Part shown: positions 51,082 to 63,420 of the stretch, in pieces
How the letters are laid out: each line of letters opens with the position of its first letter
How positions within the stretch are numbered: the stretch's first letter is position 1
Origin: Hydrolagus colliei
Lineage: Eukaryota
Length of the DNA stretch: 64,000 nt
Direction: 5' to 3'
NCBI GenBank assembly: GCA_035084275.1
Contig: CM068759.1
Coordinates: 4,092,001 to 4,156,000, forward strand
The notes under the pieces: model-generated
What the model was told of the DNA's origin: nothing
Seen by the model: only the letters and a program-made list of their open reading frames with translations
The model's database searches: none
Translations under genes and position numbers: made by a program

Positions 51082-51326
51082 TAGCGGAATTTGTTTAGTT
51101 TTCAACACAGTGATCAGCAGAAGTCGGCAAAATTTCATTGAATTTCAGTGGGTGTTTATTTTATAATGTAAATGGAAGGAACATGTGTGTCCTAACGGTT
51201 TAGCACTGCTACCCATTCAAGAAGAAGGTGCAAGCGCATTCAAGAGCAAGCCTGTATTTTCCCACTAGTCCTTTACGAATACAGTTGTGTGCACATTGAT
51301 TGCAGAACTCTTCCGCTCAACATTTT

Positions 51327-51365
51327 CCCCCCCCCCCCTCCCCCCCCCCCCCCCCCCCCCCCCCC
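51327..51365 (+). repeat. Poly-C tract in intron 7 (another at about 14729-14752)
   Basis: 39-nt C run with a single T interruption. Confidence 0.9.
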
Positions 51366-51717
51366 ATGGCAAGACTGAGATCAAGCACTCAGCATATAGG
51401 GAGCCTGTGGCACAGTATTCCCAAACTAAGTGGCGGGGTTTGCTGGGGGGAGTCTTCATCTGCCTGTTGATCCCTGTTTAATGATTTCTGTTGAGAAGTG
51501 ACTGTTGATTTTGGATGTATTCGAATAGTGATGGCTCTCAAGAAAAAATAGTTACTTTGGTATGGCAACTGAGAATGAGAACTGAGAACTGAGAATCTAC
51601 CATAGCCCTGCTAACATGTGGGAGGGTGGAGGAGGGGGAATGGAATTAATTGCGAAAATGTTAAGTCAATTGATCGTTCTGTTTTTTAAAAAAAGATCTT
51701 TTAATTGTTCAATTTAG

Positions 51718-51923
51718 GAACAATGGAAAGAGCTTTCCAAAGAAGACCTTGACCCTCCTCCGGAGCACAGCCCCCCACCTCCACGGCCTCCAAAACGGGC
51801 ATCTGAGACGCTTAATGGGAAAACGCCAGATCAAAGGATATGTGTTTCAGATTCAGAAGAGAGAACGCTTGATGCAATTAATGAAAAGCAAACGAGAAAG
51901 GTCACAGAGTCGCAAATAGAAAG
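51718..51923 (+). CDS. PTPN1: PTP1B coding exon 8 (proline-rich SH3-binding region)
   Basis: atttag|GAA...GAAAG|gtatgt, 206 nt, ends in phase 2. EQWKELSKEDLDPPPEHSPPPPRPPKR; the PPPPRPPKR motif distinguishes PTPN1 from PTPN2. Confidence 0.93.
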
Positions 51924-52987
51924 GTATGTGTAAAAACGTAATTTCCTTTTCAAAAACATGTGAAAGCAACATGTTAATGTTCGAGTGCCCTAAGCACTGT
52001 GAGACACTACCTTGCATGAAGGGCAGTATGTAAGTGCAGCTTGTTATTGTTGTTCAAGGCGCTGTATGAACAGGATTGCTACTGCTATGCATATTTGAGA
52101 GTACCCCCTTCCCTCTCTGTCACTGACGACAACACCATATTTACATAGCGCCTTTCATGTCGGGAGGACATCCCAAGGCGCTGAAATACACATTCATTAT
52201 TTCAGTGAAGAAACTGCACAAGGAGAAACTTCATTGGTATTGAAAATCCCTTAACTGCTGTTTCCTCCAATTATAAATTATATTCTAAAATTAGATACAG
52301 CAGAAAGAATCGCAGGACAACTTCCATTTAAGATGTAGCTCAGAAAAAAAAAGTTCAGTTCCTGCAGGCTTTTGGAGAGTAAGAGAAACAGTGCATTCCT
52401 GTTAATGTTGGAATTTTGACTGTTTAGTTACCTCTTTCATCCTGATGAGTATTTAAGCAGGTTTGACATGCGGCATGACTTTATTCAGTATTACCTTCTA
52501 TGCAATTTCTTGAAATATAAAAAAAGGAAATTGTGTCAATTTGCCATCAAACAAACGTCACACAAGCTGTTTCATATGCCCTGTGAAAATCTAATGTAAC
52601 ACAGTTACTCTCAGACTATACAATGAATTTTATGAACCCCAACGGGGGATGTACTGAGCAGAGCAGGCCATAAATCTACTTCAATCTGACCTACAGCAAG
52701 CAGTCTAAATTAAGTGAATTCTATACTTCATATTAGTCCCAGCATGAAATAAACTTGCTTCTTGGCAGCATAAATTTAAGATTGGTGAATTCAGCTGCAT
52801 GTTAGCTGATTGCTTATTGCATGTAGTTCAGCTCCATACTGTTCACAGCGCCTCAAGAAAAAAAAGATGATATTTTAATGTGTAATTTGCACGTTGGAAT
52901 TTATGATGTATTTGTTAGAACAATGTATGAGCCTCCCATATGAATACTTGCACACGATTTTCAGTGCTGTCCTTTTTCTCCTTTCAG

Positions 52988-53228
52988 TGCAGAAAATGAA
53001 CTGCGGAAAAGGCACGTGGGAGAAAATGCAGCGAGTTCACCACAGGTAGACGAACAGGTGAATTCAGAATATGAAGAAGTGAAAGCAAAGGAGCCATCGG
53101 AGCTGGATTTGGAGGACGAGGCGAAGGAAGACACATGGTTAAATTGGAAACCTGTCGTGCTTAATGTGTGTCTGTTCACTGCTTTTACAGCTGGAGCTTA
53201 CCTCTGTTATAGGGCATGCTTCCATTGA
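52988..53228 (+). CDS. PTPN1: PTP1B terminal coding exon 9 (ER tail anchor)
   Basis: tttcag|T GCA GAA, in phase with exon 8. Ends WKPVVLNVCLFTAFTAGAYLCYRACFH*, a hydrophobic tail anchor. Spliced CDS totals 1305 nt = 434 aa + stop. Confidence 0.94.
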
Positions 53229-53290
53229 CAAATACCCTACCTAGAGGATGATATGCGTACTGTATACTGCAGTAAAGCCTGCGCTTTTTC

Positions 53291-53296
53291 AATAAA
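53291..53296 (+). terminator. Proximal candidate PTPN1 poly(A) signal; further AATAAA at 55193, 56855, 57615, 58208
   Basis: AATAAA hexamers downstream of the stop. Which one is used cannot be determined from sequence. Confidence 0.3.
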
Positions 53297-56200
53297 ACAT
53301 TTGATGCATTGAAAAGCTGTAGGGTCTATGTCTTAAAAAAAAACGCAGGCTTAGTTTCTGAGACAGGAACTTGGGTGGGATTGTAGGGATAAGAAAAAGA
53401 TGCACTAGGGTTTTAGCCCCATGGTCCCAAGAGCATAACATTCAAATCTCAGGGCCTTGAATATTCAGGGGAAAGCAGTGAAAATGCCAAATAGATGTGT
53501 TTTTCTTTTTTTTGGCAGGGAGAAGGCTGTTGTACATTGCATTCTTTTAATGTTCAATATGGAGACATTTTAGATAATATTCGGAGAGATACACATCCTG
53601 TAACCCTAGCATATTTCGCTCATAGTTGCAATGTTAATCTCCACTGTTGTGCCATTTCCTGTTTCACCCACATCTGGAAAACGCCCAATGTTATATTCTT
53701 GGGAAACAAAGTGTAGTGTGTGGTTTTTTTTGGTTGCACGTGTATGTGTTTGGGCAGTGTCTGTGGTGAAATTGCATTAATCTCAGCAAAGCTGTGGCTT
53801 TAAACTGCTGCTTTGTTAACGCGTCCGCTAAGAGGCTTCCACTGCTGCTCAGGGTATTCCAGCAAAATGGTCCTCTTTAAATGTGTCTGTTAACCATTTC
53901 TGTCACACTTGTGCTTGCACTTATGCCATCCACAACATCGGAAACCAAGGTAAATGAACCAGCTTTTAACCTTCCACTATTCAGCGACAATGTAGTTGGA
54001 ACGACGGGAAGAAATGCAACAAAATGCAACACATTTCCACCAGCATTTTTACAGCTGTACCATATATGAAACTAGACCATTATACAAAGTCAAATCTCCT
54101 TCACTCCATATTTATTTGTAACAGGTATGACTGTATCCAACAATTTTTTTAACCAACAATGTATTAAAAATATAGTTTATATTTTTAATCAAAGCCTTGC
54201 ATCAAGGGCTCATAGAAAAGTAAAATATGATACCTCATTGCCAGTACTGGTAGCTTTCCACCACCTACCTTCCCTGTAAACTGTAGGGTTTAACCAGTAC
54301 TTCATCTGAGGGTATTTGTAAGTAATCAGTATATAGTTGTCTTAAGAAATTGTAGCATTAAAACTAGGCATTTTCGGATCATGTACATCAAATTAAGGGG
54401 ATACTAATAATATATAATGGTATGAAACAGAGTGTGAGCTACAGAACTGCTTTGTCTAATGATTATTTCAATGGTCTGGATGTATATTGTATCCTGGCGG
54501 TTGTACATTATACACCAGTGTAGTGGAATGCATGCAGACTCCATTAGCATCAGTAAATATGAAATTGCTTGGAAAATGAAAGATCTATATATCTTATTAC
54601 TACTGTGAACATGTGTAGTACGTGTTTAAAATAATTGCATGAGTGTTCTGGTTGGTAATGGTGGCAGTGAGACTTGACACTGAAAAGGTAATATTTCAGT
54701 GGTTAATTTTTATGTTGGGTGTTTGTATAAAAGCTAGCAAACCTGTATTTGAAACTCATTTGGTATGTGTATATATATCAAGGGTTTTTCTAAACCACGT
54801 AATCCAGATGTTTGTCACATTTCAAGTATGTAGGAACTAGTTCAAACATTCCAAAACTGTCTATAGGCGTTGTTCATGTCTCACTTTCTGCTGCCTTGAA
54901 CAGGATCAAGCCCTGCAAATATTGGACACCAGTGGCTGAGATGCAACAATTAAATCCTTTTCATTGACAAAACAGGCCTAAAAATAATTTATTGGCTTTG
55001 AGCGTCTTGGTGCTGGGATAGGACTAGCTGGTAATTCCCATTCATAGCAAAGTATATAAGCGGGCTCTCAGACACTGAAGTTGGTGCTTCAGACGGTAAC
55101 ATCTAGATGTCGTGGTCCAGGTCCTAGCTTTTCCAGGCCATCAGAACACTCATGTCGCTAGCCCCATTGCGATCCAGCAGAAATGAGCAATGAATAAAGC
55201 TCAGACGATAAGAATTTTTAAAGGCTCTTGTATATTTATGTAGTTTGGGTGTATGTACAGTAGATTTGAAAGGTTGGGTTTCTTGGTATACCTCTTATGA
55301 CAAAAGACTGAATAGGGTTTTCATGTAAACAAGCTATTGAGCTGCTGTGATACATGCCTTAATTGAAACTTTTCTTGGCTCTTGCTCTTTCCAGTACGGC
55401 CATACCAATAAGATTAATGAACAATGTAAAATATCAGACTGCGGTATGTAATGTTTTATGCAGTTTACTTACTATAAATTCCTTAGGTGGCCCATTCGCA
55501 AAACAAAATGTACTTTCGGTGATTGTGAAATGTTTAGGAATGTGAAACCATACTTTTCACATTTAAAAAAAAATCTATGCAGATTTTGGAGTTTTCAGCC
55601 CTATTTTGTTCACTATCAATACTCTGGAACATTAATTAGCCTGATATTTACTGGAAAGGAGAACTTAAGCTTACAGGATCCTTTCATCTTTTTGATCATG
55701 TAACAAAATAATGTAAATTTCCACTCAGTTTGGAGTTTCGCTTATGACTGTTACCCGAAAGGGCATGAAATTCTATAAACCTGGTCGTAGAATGACCTGA
55801 AGCATGCACGCCTTCACAGTTACTTTGCAATTGGCTGGCATATACCCTCCTTCTGTGAGGCTCCCACAGGTTTCAGTTTTCCTCTTCATTTTTTTCCAAT
55901 CAGCAAATGTGCAATTCCTTTTAGAATTTGCTGACATTTGGTGAATGAGGTGAGAGTTTAAAACTAACACAGACTGGAGTTCAAATGTGTCTCTTTGACC
56001 GAGCAACCATATACAACTGCTTTGCTTCAGTCCATTCTGTGCTCTGGATCTAAGAAGCACCAGGACAAAGAGGAGGGTGGATCAGAGAACACATTCTCTG
56101 AGTAGTCTAGTGTTTCTTTCCCTGATGTCCCAAATAACCATTTGCTGGCAAGTGCATGTAGTAAATTATAGTAAGTAGTTTGACACTGTTTGCTGGAGTA

Positions 56201-59200
56201 ATCTGCTTTGAACAGAGTACTGCAGTCAATCCTTTCACAGAGCAAAGTATGCTTCACTGCCCACAATTTATGGTATCTGAATCATGTTCATTTGTGCACC
56301 CCGACACAAATCTTTTTGGGTCATTAAATCCTCCCTTGTCTGTCTTGTGCGTCTTGTTATCCCCACTGTTCATTTTGGAAAGTGAGAGTACTTAATTTTT
56401 TAAATTGTATTATCATCAGTTACATTGATTGAGGGGGGGTGGGGTGGTGGGGGTGGCTAAGAGGTGAATCGCACTTCGTTCCAGTTCAGTTCTTAGACGT
56501 CCCATTTCAATTTAGCCTCACAACCTGAAAATCCAGACCCTGTTTTTGTTAATGGCTGACAATGAAGCAGTGATTTCATATGAAGCTGACTGGCTAACTA
56601 GTTGATGTTGAACTTGATGTTTTTCCTCCTCCTTCTCCCTGAAGTTATTGTCAAGACCTCTTGCGAGGAGATTTCTAATTGTGAATTTTGTGCCAAGTTA
56701 TTTATTTCTCTCTGGGAGGTTCTATGGTTCCCAGCTTAAGGAGAAGATCCTTAACTGGTACCAGCAATGTGGTTTGCTGCTCAGATTATAACCTGCACAT
56801 CAACCTGAGCAGCCCAACCACTGGTACTGTAATGAGGTACATTTTGAGGGCTTGAATAAACTTATGGTAACAGCGGCTACAAAACTTTTCTGATTCAAAT
56901 CCTGCTTGGTCATTCCACAGGTAACTGAGCACCTGCCTAGTTGGCTCATTCGTTATTTGATGTGAGCAACTCAGTCATCTAATATACCAAACATTATCCA
57001 TATTATGCTGTGATTAGCAAATGCTGAAATTCTTTAGTTGAAGTGATATGGCTGACAGCATTAATAGCAATTGCAAGACTTTTAGATAGTTTACCACGGA
57101 CGTTTTTTTTTAATATAAACATTCACCTCATGATCCTGGGAACACAGGTTTTCCTCAGATTTCAATTTCCAAATTGTTGAACAGGAAAATAGGTTCAGTA
57201 TTTTATTTGTATGGCCTTACAAAGGAGACATTTCTTATGCCCGGTTTTGCTGAGAACTCTTCTAGATAGGAACAGATGAGTGCTGTTGATACATTTTTTC
57301 CTATTGTCTTCCCAGCAATGTGATTTTGTTTTTCAATGGTTAACAACAAATCAACAAATGCTATAAGATCACACTAGTTTCCATAAATTTCAGGGATGTG
57401 TCTGACTTAACTGGAATTATTTTAGTTTTTTTTATTGGTAAAAAGTACTTTTTGGACCAAATATATGCAGATTTTTTGAATACCAACTTGTTTTGTGTGA
57501 TATGTTAAGCACACGCTTTATTCTTAGTGGAGTTTCACAGTGGAATTGTAGCTTTCAATTTAAAATGACAAATTAATTGCTTGCACTAAAGCGTCTCTCA
57601 ACAGCGCGACTTAAAATAAAGAGAGTAAAAAGTAAGATCAATATTGAATGTCCTCTCCTAAGTGCACTGTTAATCAACATGCAATGCAAAGCAGTCCACA
57701 CCTAGAACTGAGAGAAATCATGTTACATTTTCACAGTCCGACACCTTTATAGTTAAATAACAGGTAAAGCACTTGGGAAATAAGAGTTGCACATTTCTGT
57801 AGCTATAATCTGAATACATTGAGATACACTGAGATTTTTTTCTACCTTAGCTAGTGTGATCTTTTTCCTACTTGACTGTTTCACATTTTTTTATTCGCTT
57901 TTTTTGCCACACAGCAAACGGCTTCATGTATTTTACTTTTTTATTTTCCTGTATAGTATTTTACTGTCTTGTAGAGTATGAATAATTGTATTGTGCTGTT
58001 TTCTAGTAAACATTAACAAGCTATTTCTGCATGTATTGATATTGTATGATTTTCTACGGTTTTATATTGTTCAACCATTTTGGTGATTTAAAAAAAACAA
58101 AGTCTCTGACTCAAATGAGACTCCAAGCATTTGCAAAGTTTTCAGAACCCTTTAAAACTTTACAGTGAGCTGGATTTCAAAATATGCCACATCAACTAGA
58201 AATCTCAAATAAAACCAGTTTGGAAAGAAAACCTGTTTTATGGTATTTTGAACTGCAGATCATATTTTTAAACAAAAAAAACCTCAATTCTTTCATCAGC
58301 ATCAGTAATACATGGTGGGGAAAAAGTGCTGTGATTAAAATCTACTGTTTAATTTACAACATCAACACCGATCAGCGAGGAAGTATTTGGTCCTACCACA
58401 ACCAGGCAGACTTGTATTTACCCCCATTTTGTGCTCTAAATCCTCAGTGTGAGCAGTTGCAGATATACCACTTGATGTAAAAGGTTTACCTTTATCGATA
58501 GGATCATCTTTAACCAACAGTAAAATCCTGTGAAGCCATTTGAGACATGTGTTAAGGCGCTGTACAATGTGTTAAAGCGCTATATAACAAATGCCAGCAT
58601 TATTATTATCCATTCAGACTCTTACCTATTTTTCCCTCATTATTCCTTTGAACCCACAATACCTTAACCATTATACCCAGAAGGGCATTCTCGAATTCCC
58701 AACAACTTTTTTTAAACAAAAAACAGCTGAATCTTCTCCCTTTGCTTTCTTACTATATTAAAACAAAACCCTCTAATCACTGACTTGCCAACCATTTGAA
58801 ATATTCCTCACACAACACCACTCTTCTCATTCCTGTCTTTAACATCAAGACATTCAAATAGCTTATTGATCCACCAGATTTTTGGCATTCGGGTGAGGTA
58901 GGCCTAAACCTTATCTTTTAAGTGTGAATTTTATATTTCTTAAATCAAGGCCCTGATCTTTTTTCTCAGCCATCACATACTTTTGGAATCAAATGAGGCA
59001 TTGCTACACTGAAGTTTATTGGGGTTTGGCATTCTATTTGCGCTTATAAAAACTGGAGGAAGGTCATCACTAAACAAGAGTATTGCTGGACAAGTGAGTT
59101 TTTTTTAAATTTCAGCTTGTTCAGAATCACCCGGCACAAATAAAACTCATAGTTACAACATCATGAGACAATGTGTACTTCCCCCAAGATTTGGTGGGTA

Positions 59201-59269
59201 AGAACCTCTGTACTGTATTTTGAAACAAATTTGGACCTCGTTCCTTTAGAAAGTGAATAGTAATTAAAA

Positions 59270-59820
59270 AAATAATACTTATGTTTGATATAGCGCTTTT
59301 GGTAAGTCAAGGCGTTTCAAAAGAGCTTTACGGTTTCCTGTAAAGTGGATTGATCGTGTATTTTGTGGGTGAAACATGGTGACCACAAACAGTCATGGCG
59401 TTTTATTTGGGGGATTTCATGGCCAAGACACCGGGAGAAATTCCCTTCTCTTCAAATACATTCCGTGGGATCTGTAAATCTCCACCTGAACAGGCAGACA
59501 GGACCTCGGTTTAATGTCTCATCGGAAGGATGGCACCTCAGCTACATCAACTCCCAGGTGTAGCAAATTGGCTGCATGACACTGGACAGAACAAGGAGTG
59601 ACTGGAGTAGGGTCAGCAGATCACTAGAGGTGGGGTGGGGTTATGCAATGGAGGCATTTAAAGGTAGGAAAACTTTTATTGAATTTGATGATCAACTGGA
59701 ATAGGGAGCCTACGCAGCCAGGCCAGGATGGGGCTGATAGACTTTCAAAGCCTAATGTGAGAGCATATGTGCTGCAGAATTTGGATGGTCTGACGCTTGT
59801 GGAGGCAGTGAGAGCATTAC
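59270..59820 (-). mobile_element. Cluster of SINE A (59270-59400), SINE B (59420-59545) and L2 (59560-59820) fragments
   Basis: Reverse-complement matches to the families described above. Confidence 0.65.
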
Positions 59821-60499
59821 AAAAGTATTAAGTTAATGTTCCTAAAAACAAGCTGGAATTCTTTGGTCATTTGGCCATCTGTTGAGCATAGGCGTATCTA
59901 CACTTTGGAAGCCAATCCTAACATTGAATCATAGTTTTTCACCGATTAATTCTGTTGTCTGCAGGGCTTCAGTGAATGAGCAAGAAAAATATATACAACT
60001 AAATGTAAAGAGTTTGGTTTTGTGTCTCATTCAATCTTTGTCGCTGTGGCCTCAAATGCACTAATTGGAAAATAAGTAAAATGAGAGGTCATACAAACAG
60101 TAAAACTTTGATCAAGCAGGGAAGATCATAGTAGCCATTCCTACTTTGAAATACTCTTGAATTGTTTTCAAGTGAATAAAATAGCTTGATGTGTACAACT
60201 GAACCTATTTCTCCTCTAAATGGATTTGGGGGCTGAGAACCAAAGACTTCAACATTAGTTTGCTTAAAAATCTAGATCAATTCCAGGGCAAATACGGTTT
60301 TGCTTGCCAAGGTTGCAGCCCAGGCCAACAAATTTTAATTACGGTATACTTAACGATGGAAAAACTGGTAAGTTAAAACAATGGAACTGTAAGATATCCA
60401 GTATCTTTTACTTGCATTAACATTTACATGGTACATTTTAAAAGTAAAGTTGGCATCCATTTCAAAATATACTTGATACTACCTATTATATAAATTATG

Positions 60500-60505
60500 T
60501 TTATT
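60500..60505 (-). terminator. Candidate RIPOR3 polyadenylation signal (AATAAA on minus strand)
   Basis: tttatt on the + strand about 250 nt past the stop codon, in AT-rich context. Confidence 0.5.
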
Positions 60506-60755
60506 TTAAAAACATTTGCTGCGCATAGAATATTTGTATATTTGCTATAGAGTAAACTTGATTACAGCAGCCCTTTGAATGGACCAGAGTCTTAATACCC
60601 CAGTTTTACTTCTTGTCACTGATCACTTGTGCAAACCAAAATTCAGTGTTGTATTTTATACACGGGTGCATCTTTACACAGTATAAGCACAATTCAACAT
60701 ATTACATTATCAGTTATGTCCATTGGAGCTAAAGTCTCCTTAAAATGTTCAACGT

Positions 60756-60856
60756 TCAGAGAATAGTGATTTGAGTGGTTGCGTTTTGGATTCCATCCTC
60801 TTTGAGATCGTACCACATTCTTTCCAACTTCTCAAGGGCTAAATTACCCTTTTCAC
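60756..60856 (-). CDS. RIPOR3: RIPOR3 terminal coding exon
   Basis: gtgcag|GT GAA AAG. (G)EKGNLALEKLERMWYDLKEDGIQNATTQITIL*, similar to the RIPOR3 ending (GEKGRLAFEK...ITIF). Convergent position next to PTPN1 matches known mammalian synteny. Confidence 0.9.
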
Positions 60857-61333
60857 CTGCACAAAGAGATCAAAAATGTAAGCAATCGACTAGCACAAAA
60901 CGAGGCTGTTCGGACCATCATGTCAGTGCCGGCGCTTTGAAATAGGTAACCAAAGGTAGTCCCTTTCCCCTTCTCTTTCCCCACAGCCTTGAAATGTTTT
61001 TCCTTTAGACCAGTGATCCAGAAAGGACCCAATTGCTGTAGATGCCGCATTGGTACCCATGAACTAGAATTAAAGACTGTATTGGTCGCTAAACACAATG
61101 TTAAGACTGTTTTGCAATCTGATAAATCATGTCCCGATTCCTCTTGCCAAATGCATCGTTCAAAAATTAGCATTTGTTTAAAATTGAAACCCTCTACACA
61201 TAGCCCAACTCCAGCATTTTAGCTAACGATACCAAGTTGCAAGCTTGGAAATTCGCCGCAGAATTTTGCGATGGAGGTTTAATGCCATTGAGAAGCATTT
61301 CTCCACAAAGGTGACATGAAAGCGAAACATTAC

Positions 61334-61424
61334 CAAAAGAGAGGACGGTTTCTCTTGCAGTATCTCTCACATCTTTAGCCTCAGACTGGCACAGACTGAC
61401 AATCTGTTCGATGCTTTCCACAGC
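61334..61424 (-). CDS. RIPOR3: RIPOR3 penultimate exon
   Basis: ttcaag|GCT...TTTG|gtaatg, 91 nt. AVESIEQIVSLCQSEAKDVRDTARETVLSF(G). Confidence 0.9.
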
Positions 61425-61666
61425 CTTGAAGGGAAAAAAAAGTAAACGAGAACTTGTCAAGTTGTCCTACAATCTGCTCGCTTATTAGTCTTAAAGAAAG
61501 TGTTATTGGTCCATCTTTGGCTACCATGGCATCTTGCGAATACATGGCTTGATGCGAAATGTTTGGCTTAGGTTATTAGCACAATGAGGCATAGACAGGA
61601 TGGGAATGCAACTAGTCTGGTTTTGCCGGGACAACGAAATGTCAGAGAAGTGAACACAATTGTTAA

Positions 61667-61942
61667 ATAAAATAATAATAATCCTTGCATTTGATATGGC
61701 GCTTTTCACATCTTCTAGATGTCCCAAAGCGCTTCACAGACTATACTGTAAAGTGACTCTGTATATTCACAGAATATACTGTAAAGTGACTGGATATTTG
61801 TGGGCGAAACGCGGCAGCCGATTGCGCACATCAGGGTCCTCACAAACAGTCGTGGGTTGAAATGACCAATTTTATTTTTTTGTGTTTTTTTTTGGAGGGA
61901 TTATTATTATTAGGCTTGTGGAGTAAGGAAACTTGCCTAAGG
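61667..61942 (-). mobile_element. SINE family A (5'-truncated, with a short internal tandem duplication) in a RIPOR3 intron
   Basis: Family A tail and core; ttcacaga.tatactgtaaagtgact occurs twice. Confidence 0.85.
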
Positions 61943-62217
61943 AACATAATTGTTGCTTGATATTTTTAAAGTGAACAAATAAATACGATTGTTTTGTGTT
62001 CCAGTTAACACAGTAATAATAATCCTTGGGTATAGCTGGTTTCCCATGAGGGGAACACCCAAGGAAGCCCATCACAGGATTTACTGACGGTATGTTTAAC
62101 AATAATAATAATAATAATCCCTGCATTCGATATATTTGTAGGCAAACTCAGCTGCCCAATTGCACAGAGCACAACCGGAGCAGCAACATGGTACACATGT
62201 GGAAAGGGGCGGCTTAC

Positions 62218-62301
62218 CTTCAGATGTTTCAGAGCCAGGCAGGCACCTTTCTGAATGTGTAAATCTGTATCTTGCAAAGCATCTGTGTAGTGGGCCAAAG
62301 C
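62218..62301 (-). CDS. RIPOR3: RIPOR3 exon (3rd from last)
   Basis: ctccag|GCT...AAG|gtaag, 84 nt. ALAHYTDALQDTDLHIQKGACLALKHLK; ACLALKHLK is recalled from RIPOR3. Confidence 0.9.
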
Positions 62302-62504
62302 CTGGAGAGAAATAATGGATTTTCAGCAAAATTCAGTCAGTCGGTTGTGAACCGTTCAACCGGGAACTTAGCCTGGCAAACGAGGAGTTGTGTAGTTCCA
62401 CTTGGTTGGTTTGCACCATTCACAACTGAGACGAAGGCGCTTTTTTAAAAAATGTCCGTTGAAATTCTTACTTGTTCACATGATAGGAATGCTAAAATGC
62501 GTAC

Positions 62505-62707
62505 CTTGTCTCGAAAACGCCTATGCACTGAGGCGTTAGAGAGAAATGATATGGCAGCTTGAGTGACCGTGGGGTTCTCGTCCAACTGAAGGACACTGAT
62601 CGACTCCAGCGTTTGGTGCAGAGGCTGGAACTCGGTGATGTGCTTTCCTTTTAACTTTTTCAGTGTCTTAACCCTCTGTGTGGTTTGCAGTGCTTCAGCG
62701 AGAGATA
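62505..62707 (-). CDS. RIPOR3: RIPOR family member 3, internal exon (4th from last; gene continues beyond window end)
   Basis: Minus strand ttttcag|TA...AAG|gtacgc, 203 nt. (V)SLAEALQTTQRVKTLKKLKGKHITEFQPLHQTLESISVLQLDENPTVTQAAISFLSNASVHRRFRDK resembles the RIPOR/FAM65 C-terminal helical-repeat region. Confidence 0.88.
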
Positions 62708-63124
62708 CTGAAAAGAATGAATGGTACGGACAGTTGGCGTGCAAAGCCTTAAATAATTCAGCTGATTATTGTGCATTTCTGCTCAGTAATCCAAATGATG
62801 TTGTCAAAAAATGATTCACCTTTCCGCATATAAAAATGTTCTCTTCGTTTCATTTATCTATCAGAGTGGAAACCCAATCTCACTTACTAGTTATTTATGT
62901 ATGAAACTTTGCATCGACTTTCATAATCACCAGGATCAACGGAAGTGACATTCGTGAATGCGATTTTACAAATCACTAGTTTATGGGAAGGATGCTTAGA
63001 AACGAGATTTCATGTTAATGTTACTTAAACATATTGCTGACAGTGCCAAGTGATTGATACGAGGAGGACGAGTAACATTCAGGAAGATCTGAACCATTTT
63101 GCTAGAATGACCAAGGAATTTTGA

Positions 63125-63420
63125 GTAATAATCCTTGCATTTTGAAACAGCGCTTTTCACGTCTTCTAGACATCTCAAAGCGCTTCACACAATATACTGC
63201 ATTGTATATTTGTGGGCGAAACATGGCTGCCAATTGCACACAGCAGTGTCCTACAACCAGTCATGGATTGAAATGACCAAATTACAGTATTATTGTTTTT
63301 TTTGAGGGACTATTATTAGGCATGTGGGATAAGGAAACGTGGCCATGGTTTCATCTTGCTTGGAATTAAACCCAGGTCTCTCACTTGTAAGGCAAGTGCT
63401 CTAACCACTGAGCTACAGGA
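63125..63420 (-). mobile_element. SINE family A, near full length
   Basis: Runs from tail to head, ending gtgctctaaccactgagctacagga. Confidence 0.85.

Noticed and set aside
52206-52254. Possible extra exon in intron 8 (ttcag|T GAA GAA ACT...)
   Set aside because: Weak pyrimidine tract next to an L2 tail. The nearby donor is phase-incompatible with exon 9 and read-through stops after 16 codons. Exons 8 and 9 already give the expected length.
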